64,000 nt of DNA from Phoronis australis (lineage: Eukaryota > Animalia > Phoronida): assembly GCA_002633005.1 (NCBI GenBank), contig NMRA01000079.1, positions 615,225 through 679,224 of the forward strand. The letters run 5' to 3'. The notes under the pieces are model-generated. The model saw nothing but the letters and a program-made list of their open reading frames with translations. It had not been told where the DNA came from and did not search any database. The translations under genes were made by a program, and so were the position numbers. Positions 55,561-64,000 of this stretch are shown here, piece by piece. Every line of letters begins with the position of its first letter. Positions within the stretch are counted from its first letter, which is position 1.

Positions 55561-58500
55561 ATGGAGGCAGCGAGAAAATACGACGAGATTTATAAACAGC
55601 CCGAATTGGACGCCCCGCTTACGAAGGGCAGGTTTCAAGGAAAGGTTGCCATAGTTACTGGGGCTGCACAAGGAATTGGTCGTACGACTGTGGAGCGATT
55701 TTGGTGGGTACTGTGATACTCGGAATGACCAACACTAGTGCAGGTAGACGAAAAGAACGCTGGAAAGTCGGCCTTAAGTCATGGTCTCATTTAGATTTTA
55801 TTTACAAATCTTAATTTTATGTCGGTACACGGTACAGGCTTCCCATTCCGTGTCTGTCTCTACGGTCATGCTGTCGGACCACTTTCGTTAAACGGTGTGA
55901 TAGCTTGACAACGTTTTTATACACAATCAGGAGACATGCATGGACACTTACATGTACAACTGGTCGTTAACGGCCTTCGTTTATACACCTCATAAAAACG
56001 TCGCCAGTTGGACACTTAGTGAAACAAGACCGCCTGCAAGCTCCTGGCCGACCAGCACTTAGTTCGCCGCCGACCGAGGACCCACACCGAAAGCAGGGTT
56101 GGACCCACGCAGACGTACATTTGCTGCTCAATTAGATACATTGTGCATCAGTTATATTATTAAACGAAGGGTCAAAAATAGCACTTTTCATGGTGTCTTA
56201 CTAACTACACAATGATAGTCCTCGGGAAGCTCCTATGAAACCAAGGTTCCGCCTTGCTTGCCCACGTTCCCTCACAATGTGCGACGAATCGTTTGGTCCA
56301 GTTACGTCTCGTTGGAGGGCTGAACTTTGCGTGTACAGCTGTGATATTGACGATATACTCTTCCTTTTGTTTTCACGGACCTGGCTAAAGGACAGTACAG
56401 GTTAAGTACCTCAAACCATTCCGTAAAACACGCTCTTGTACTGCACGTATTCAGCGTTTTTACTGTAATAGTCTTTTCTAAAGTGGCTTACATCGCAAAA
56501 ATTTGATTAAATTTTATTATTCACTAGTTACTGCATTGCCACTGTTCACAGGTATTTTTACGGTTTGCTGGTAAAAACTTTGGACAATAGAAGAAATTCA
56601 AAGATAAAACTTCAAAAGCAAGCTCTGCTTCGAAGGTCCATTTCTTAATTAAACGGAAATTTAACGAAGTCTGTGGTCTCAGTGATTCGTATTCGGAAGA
56701 GACGAATTTCTATTGATGTCGGTGATTCGTTATGCCTCGAAGCCTGGTTACACGAAAAATATCCAAACCGTGTTGAGCAAAAGTTCGGGATAGGTGATGA
56801 AAACGGGGCCACAAGAGGGCCAGCCCAGTAGTCCAACTGTACGCGTTTATCCAGATGTCACCGGCATGTATAAGCTACTAAAAACAACGTCAAGACTGTT
56901 ATCTCAGTGACATGGTGAGTGAGGTTGATAAGAAATTGGATTGCAAAAGGTCTACTCAATGTTTCAAGATGACTGTACTTTTTCGTTTGGTTTTAGTCGA
57001 CGGAAGCGACAGCTTATAGCTACTGCAGTGGATACTCTAACTCGCCATAATAAAAGCACACATTGGCTTTCAAAGACGGTGTTTAAAGGTTAACACGATC
57101 TCGCGCCATTATTTTGCGTCAAAACTTTAACACTTTTTCAAACCGTGTTCTTTCTTCACAGGCGTGTCCCGTTCTTCCATAACAACGTCATTGGGTTCTT
57201 ATCCCTTGCTTGCATTGCACTTGGTTGCCTGGAAGCAACCTCCACATTACTTAGGCATTTGAGACTAACCTGCCGTGACATGATCCTTAATTTGTTGTGA
57301 AAAGTCAGTTTTTTGTTCTCTATAGGCTTGAAAAGAACTGACGGTTCTTTATTGTGGACGGCCGGACACAAGAAACTTGTTTTTCACGGTGGGGGAGTTT
57401 TAGCCGCTGAAGCATATGGCAATTAGGAGAATTTTTATTCATGTGAAGAATAAGTAAACGAAGGGTGCTTTCCGGCGAAGAGAATTGGGATTACGGCCGC
57501 ATGGGAAGAAAGTATTGTTTTCGACACCAGCGACCCTTGCATAAAAATTATACGTTGGAAAACAATAACGCCGCATTATCATACGCCGTATTGTCAGTTA
57601 AACAATGCATTTGGCGCCATGGAGCAATCAAACTTGTCCATTGAACAAGCTTTAACATTTTGAGCAACCCAGTCCGAAGCGCTACTTGTAGTTGATACAT
57701 AGCGCTTTAAAATTTATTCTATCACGCCACTTACCGTTATAAAGTCTTAACATGCTCCATGACTCAGATTAGACATAGTGAATAACGGACACTTCTTGAT
57801 TGCTTCAGGAGAGGCTCGACAAGTTGGCATGATCAGGCTGGTAAATTCATACGCTGATTGAGCCTTCAAGCAACAGACCTAACGAGTTGATAGTCGGCCC
57901 AAGCTCAGGAATGCCTTCTCTAAGTAAGGACCACGTAACGACCAGACCTGAACCAAATATAGATTTTAAAAAAGAGGAAATACTTAGAATAGATGCACCT
58001 CTATACACTATCTGTTTTAATATATTTGGAAATTGTTACGCTAAGTAAGTGCGTTTAAGGAGCAATTATGATGGTGTATTTTACAGCAATGACGGAGCGT
58101 CCGTTGCTATACTCGACTTGAACGGTACCATGGGAAGAAGTTTTGAAGCCAAAATGATTTCAATGGGACTGAAAGCCAAGTTTTACGAAGTTGACGTCAC
58201 TAACAAAGACCAGTGCGCGGAAGCGGTGAAAATGGTCGCAGACGACAATGACGGAATGGTTCATTTTCTTGTAAATTGTGCAGCGTTCCAGGAAAGTTTA
58301 AATGTTCGTAAGTATATTGTAATACCTAACGTACACAATATCTTTCCTATAGCTTGTTAGTCTTGCAACAGAAATTAAACACACTATCCTTTCTCAGGGA
58401 TTGTAACGATACTATGACCACGCCTCTCAGTTTATGAGCGCGGGTATGATGGAATTTTATTGTAGTGCGGGTTTGGTGTTTCTGGTCCGGCGAATAGGGT

Positions 58501-61500
58501 TCAGCTCAAGAATCGAAGCTGGACTGGGTTCGACCATGGAATCGTTTACAGCCTCTTAGAGTATCTTGTGAGGTCAAATTTAATTAACAACAAGAAAATT
58601 TCATGGGGTTAATGACAAAATGTCAGCTCTAGTTAAAATAAATTCACAAGGACTCTCCGAGAGTTCTTCACCCAATACATTTTTGTGAATATCGAAGGGA
58701 TGCTTCACCGCTGCTAGGGTTGAAGCGACACTGCGACAGAGGTACATGTATACTTATCCCCAAAGACAGTCGATGTCTCCTTGACGTACCGCATTCTGTT
58801 GCCCAGATGGTTGTCGTCGACCTCTTGTCCACACTTTCGCTGAGCTACCATTTTTAAAAGCACATACACACGTGCGTCGTAGACAAAATGAAATAATAAA
58901 ATTCAAGTTTCTGTGCAGACTTACTCTTGAAGATGTTTAAAAAAGCTCTGAGAAACTCAATGATTGTCATTACAAGCACTGTAACTGTTACACCTGTACA
59001 ATGACAACTAAAAACAGTGATTTAGACCGAGTTGTAACAGACTGCGGTAACCTCAAAGCATATACTCTAGGCATGCTGTTCCTAAGTTCATCGCGCGACG
59101 GCACTGGAAACTCGTCAACGAAGTGAAAAGACGATCTATCATCTTTACAAATTAATAAAAAATGTTCATTATTTGAGTTTCATAAATAATTCTGTTTCAA
59201 TTATCTGTTTAAGTATTTAAACCAGTAATATTGCTTCTAAGTCAATTAACAACGCAGTTGTTGTCATTTCTGAAAAGTGTCAGGACGCCCTCTGCATGAG
59301 GCCATTTCCAAGATACAGATCCAAATTTGGTTGGTTCACGACTGGCACGTGATCATAATGCATGGTAACCGTGCTGATGGTAACATTGGCAACACTACTG
59401 TAACTAGGCTGTTTTTCTATTTTTGGCTTAATATTCTTGTTTTCTCGGTGGTTTAACAAATGTGGGCAACACACCTTCAACTTGCAATCGGGAAAAACGA
59501 TTGGAGCATTACAGTATGCGATCAAATTACATGTATTTTTGGACCAATCAACTTTGCGTTCATCAGGGAAGAGCTAGTGCACAGAGTCACCAAACGTGAC
59601 GCACTAACCATAGAACTGTCCTAGAGTTGTATGCTTCAAAGGAAGACGACTGTATCACTAGCATTTTAAGTTAGTAAAACTCGCACCATATGGAAATGGA
59701 CGTTTTAATTCTGCGTAGGTGATTCACATGTACAGTTTTCCTTAATAAATGTTTGTAAAACACACAGGCAAATTTTGGACAATTTTAGGCCTATTTGTTA
59801 ACGTATTTTCATGGTCGAAAGTGGACAACGATTACAGCCCTTAAACTTCGTGACATGGTTTGCGTGTCCTTGTCAAATAAGTGACTAGTGTCTGTATGAC
59901 CGCAAAACTTCCAATTTCTTACTATGCCAGAGGCGTCAAAACAATCGATAGATTACAAATACACGTACATGTACATGTGTGCTGTAACACTCAGTCAAAG
60001 TATTTCGGGCTCATTTTCAGCGTTTCTTGATGTTTCCAATGAACTTTTCAACAAAACCCTGGACGTCAATGTCATTGGAATCGCCAATATGGTCCAAGCC
60101 TGTTTTCACTATATGAAGAAAGGTAGGCACCTATTTTCCATCCCTGATTCTTTCGTTTTACACTAAAGTGTTCTTTATATAGAGTAAATTTTGCGTAACA
60201 CGTTGTCAAATGTGCACGTTTAATTGAATCCCCAGTCCAGTGTCCCGCTGAATGAAACAGTCCCAAACAGAGGCTTAACTTATTTTCCTAAATCTATTAG
60301 TGGACTTGTGACAATACTGATTGTCCTTTCCTATGCTGTTTGAGTGTCTTTGTTAAGTCAATTTTTGGTTTTGATACAATTAAATTGAGAGTGAAATCTA
60401 CGTTGAATTCTCAATATTATTGAAAATAAGCAGGGATCTTTTCATGCAACGCCCCAATTTAAGGACTACATGTAAGCCCATAACTATTTTGACTGAATTA
60501 AAGGCTCAGTTTTTAGCCATATTAGGCTACTAGAAAATATTATTTATTTAAAGAAGAGCTCATGAAAACTGTAAAATGACGCTGGTGAGTATAAAACAAA
60601 GTAGATTCGAAAAAGATTTAGTGAACGTAGCTGAGCCTCTAATTGGGACTGTTTCGTGCAACCGAGCACAGGTGCACAATCGCTGAATGTTGAATTTTAA
60701 ATTCCAGACGGTAGCCAGTGTGCGGTAGTTAACGCGCACAGCATTCGCGGACACGCTGCAGCACTCCATCAGTCAGCCTACAGCACAAGCAAGGGAGCGT
60801 TGAATATGCTGACAAAATGCATGGCTCTTGACTTATCCTCGCACGGTATACGGGTCAACGGAGTGTCTCCCGGAGGTGTGTGGACACCTGCCCAGGTCAG
60901 TGAGACAGTACTGTACAGAACGAAAAGAGTTACATTGTACACGAAAGCTGTTAGGCTACTCGTAAATCGTGCTTCTGCCTAACAAAAATTTTTAAATACT
61001 AAAATATTTGATGCAACTCACACAGGTCAAGCAAAGCACGTGATCACATTCGCTTCCACAGGTTCTTGCCGTTGCCTTTCCTCTGTCCAAATGGCATGGC
61101 ATCACTCTCGGGATCGGTCCATGTGCGTACAATGTACCTACAAGATGCTCTGCAACCATTTCAAAGTTCAAACGTTGTTAGTTAACCTCCGAGTAATGTT
61201 TCTTCTCATAGCGTATTAAATACGCTGAGTGATCTATATTTGTCTACCCACCGGGCTGTCTTTCCTTTCTGGAAACAAATATTTATAATTGCTATATCTC
61301 GGCATCAACTGGTGGTTCCTTTCTTCTAGGCATTGAATGGTTGCACTGGACGTGACGATGCGTTCGAAAGAAGATATTCTAAGCTCGTCATGGCACCGCG
61401 TTCATTTATAGAGTCCGCCGGTGTGGCGTCAGTGATCACTTTCCTGTGCAGCCAGGACGCTATGTACATCGATGGTGCGGACATACCCGTGGATTGTGGA

Positions 61501-61536
61501 TATTTAGCGATGGGACCCGAAGGTCCAGGACATTAG
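55561..61536 (+). CDS. Classical short-chain dehydrogenase/reductase (NAD(P)-dependent oxidoreductase), about 286 aa
   Basis: Exons 55561-55703 (GKVAIVTGAAQGIG, Rossmann TGxxxGxG), 58087-58307 (VAILD..DVT..LVNCA), 60021-60122 (LDVNV), 60708-60895 (catalytic YSTSK; GIRVNGVSPG), 61330-61536 (FLCS.DA.YIDGADIPVDCG; TAG). Phase-consistent, 861 nt. Confidence 0.9.
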
Positions 61537-62129
61537 ACATTCCTGGTTTCCCGTTGCTTATGAAGCAACGTGTGTGGTCGGTATATATACTGTATGAGCA
61601 ATACTTGACGTTTTCGAAAGATGTTTACTGAATAATTCGAATATACGATGCAAACATTAAACAAAAGTTTATTAAGACTATTTACACTGATAAAGACTCA
61701 CTCGGCGCTTGTTAGATTACGTTAAGGAAGGCAAATTGTTAAAACAATTAATGAGCTCTATTTGGATCACGTTTTCATCATGTGTCACTAGGAACGCTGG
61801 CACTAACTATTAAAAAGCAAACTAAAGGTATCGCTCTAATCAGGGATCAAAACAATGATTTTTAAAGAAGGCGCTGCATACGAAATTATCAAGTCCTATA
61901 AGTTTTATAATTACAACTACATCTCGTCTACCCCTAAAATTCTGCCGCAGTATTGAGGGAACATTTGATATTGGTGATCATCTCCAGAGTAACGAAGGTG
62001 TCGACTTCGGCTTTGTTCCCGCCCACCATGGCGGATCATGTGAGGGGACAGCTGTGGAGAACGACCGCAACTCGGAACATTGCATTTCATTCGGACACCA
62101 TAAGACTATCAGTAATTCATTTGCAAAGT

Positions 62130-62965
62130 AGGCCTAAGTCTTATGCGTGTACCGAATGTTGATCAAATACACACGATTCACTTTGTCGATCAGATGTGAA
62201 AAATCTTCATCGAAAATATAAACCAGGTCACAATCAACGTGTAGTTAGGATGTAAACACTTCGACGAGATCTTTGTTAGAATTGTCACACGTCCGGGTCC
62301 AGTTAAATCCAACTCAGAAGTTGAAACCCAATCTTCATGGTACTTCTACTGAACAGATTCACGACAAAGAGATCTGCTAGCGTTGACAACAACGCGAATT
62401 TCAGGAAAAAGAGACCTACATGGGTATAGAGTTTAGTAATAGTAGGACCTACCCTAGGACCTCTCTAAAATCTAGCCAAAAGCATGCGTCCTCATTTGAA
62501 AGATACACTGAACACGGCAATATGTTTTGTAATCTCGCGAAGTCTTAGTTTTTAGCGAGGTCCTAGCGTCAGGCGAACTCTATAACCTGGACACCTGGAA
62601 GTCGGTGACAGAGCTGTCGTCACCACTTCACAAGCTAGGTTGTTGGAGAACTCAGTTAAATTTAGGGATCGTAGTAGCCTGAAAATGGCTATCGAGTTGG
62701 CGACTCCGGCATATCATAGACACAGCGGCGGGGGTAACGGAGACAAAGTTGTTCATGGCAGTGGTGACGAGGAAATTTTTCACTAGCAGTGAGTGGGTGG
62801 AAAATGTTTGAGCCCGAGTACAGTGAGGCGGAATACGCACAGACAGCTGTTGAGAGGGATGAGGCAGAGACTGAGGATAGACGTGGTGGGACGTCTTGGT
62901 ACAAATGCACTGCGTGCACTGTCATGTCGACCTCAATGAAATGCCTATGCTGTTCCAACTGTACA
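62130..62965 (+). pseudogene. Degenerate THAP-like plus P2X7 C-terminal-like (KolX-type) coding remnant, probably from a Kolobok-type transposon
   Basis: The ORF at 62789 contains MFEPEYSE...RRGGTSWYKCTACTVMSTSMKCLCC, resembling the FEP..R.G...WC.C..C..M.T..E..CC pattern of P2X7-C-ter/KolX proteins. Upstream frameshifted fragments (C.VPN-like, YKPGHNQRV, CKHF, KLKPN) resemble a THAP zinc finger. Confidence 0.5.
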
Positions 62966-63380
62966 AAAACCGCTTACATCCCGCCCTGTGACTCCCCAGC
63001 CACACTGACCTGGCACCTTCTAAATAGCTCCAATACTTTAGTCAAGTCCAAAACAAGACTTATCGAAGTTTGGCTCACCTGACTGTTCAGCTCTCTCTAC
63101 TGAACATCGCCCGGCGCTGGGCTGCTTACACCCGCTGGTCTGGAGACAATACCAGCACAGGGCGAATAACTGCTATGAGATCCCGGAATTGCACATTCTG
63201 GAGTACGTTCGGAGGCCCGGTGTCAGTAGATGAAGGGCCTCCAGTCACTGTAGAGGCCACAGCTTTAGAAACAAGAACGACAGTATGGCACCCTTCTTCA
63301 GGCGTTGTGTTGCAGGAACCTTCATCAATTCCGCGTACATATTTCTTTTGTAATCCGACGGCAGAAAAGGTTTGTCAAAC

Positions 63381-63922
63381 ATTCCATGACGGCGTTTTCC
63401 CGTTCAGTGAATTTACCAGACGGAGAGGGCTGTGAGCGTGTGAAAACATCTAGCTTCTTTGTTAACTGTCAAGCATAGTCTTTTGTCTGGTATGACAACA
63501 GGCAGGCCAATTATCTACCAGTCTTATAATAGACCAGTGTGAACAGAGTCAAACCCAGAGCAAGTTGGTATATGTTCGGGAAGAATAGATTGTCTTAACT
63601 TCTGTTGTACTAGTTGGGCGATTTTGGTGATTCAAAATCTGAACATGATCAACATTTGACGAAGAATTAAAAAATGCTATTGGTTTATGTTCAAATATGT
63701 TATAACTTAACTTTTATTTTTAACAGCACAGCAGTCAGGCTAGATACAATCTTATTGGAGATTAGAGCAATTATAGAACAAAAGAGAGCTAGTTCTCCAA
63801 CCACAAATGCCAGAATAGAATTAATCAGTCGTGTAAGATATTGGCTACAGGGGTAAACTTCCCGACTTGATGGTGGGCTATGGAATCGAACAAGTTGGGA
63901 GCAACGGGAAAACGCCGTAATG
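63381..63922 (-). mobile_element. Interspersed repeat, inverted single A-B copy of the family at 4771-5852
   Basis: Reverse-complement matches, e.g. aacaagttgggagcaacggga, tgtaagatattggcta, agttgggcgatttt, atgacaacaggcaggccaattat. Confidence 0.75.
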
Positions 63923-64000
63923 CGATAATTCTCCGCTGCTTTGTACGTTGCGTGGACGGGTAACACTGCGTTCTTCACACGAACGATACAAGTACGGCGG

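Noticed and set aside
55869-56056. Short inverted pairs (tgctgtcggacca / tggccgaccagca; aacgtttttat / ataaaaacgt)
   Set aside because: Probably a decayed MITE, but the arms are too short and interrupted to call.

Overview
AT-rich, intron-rich eukaryotic (animal) genomic DNA, most likely from a marine invertebrate bilaterian (inference). The six-frame ORF track is mostly noise because the genes are spliced. By joining GT-AG exons by hand and checking phases, I reconstructed three complete genes. (1) A 29-exon minus-strand unconventional myosin (43634->4078, about 1052 aa): a myosin-III-related motor with no N-terminal kinase, one IQ motif, an SH2 domain and a tyrosine-rich tail, i.e. a class XXVIII-like architecture. 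(2) A divergently transcribed PRRC1 gene with 8 coding exons (46216->52285, about 405 aa). (3) A 5-exon short-chain dehydrogenase/reductase (55561->61536, about 286 aa) resembling the bacterial PRK08265-type SDRs. Introns carry many repeats: a Helentron/HINE-like element holding ten co-oriented CTCF-consensus motifs spaced about 150 bp apart, a 55-bp x4 repeat that multiplies a myosin exon end and its splice donor, a 2.4-kb N-joined duplication containing a whole myosin exon (probably two haplotypes), several MITEs, a tRNA-derived SINE and minisatellites. A degenerate THAP plus P2X7-C-terminal-like (Kolobok KolX-type) remnant lies near the right end. All homology calls come from recalled motifs; no database search was run.
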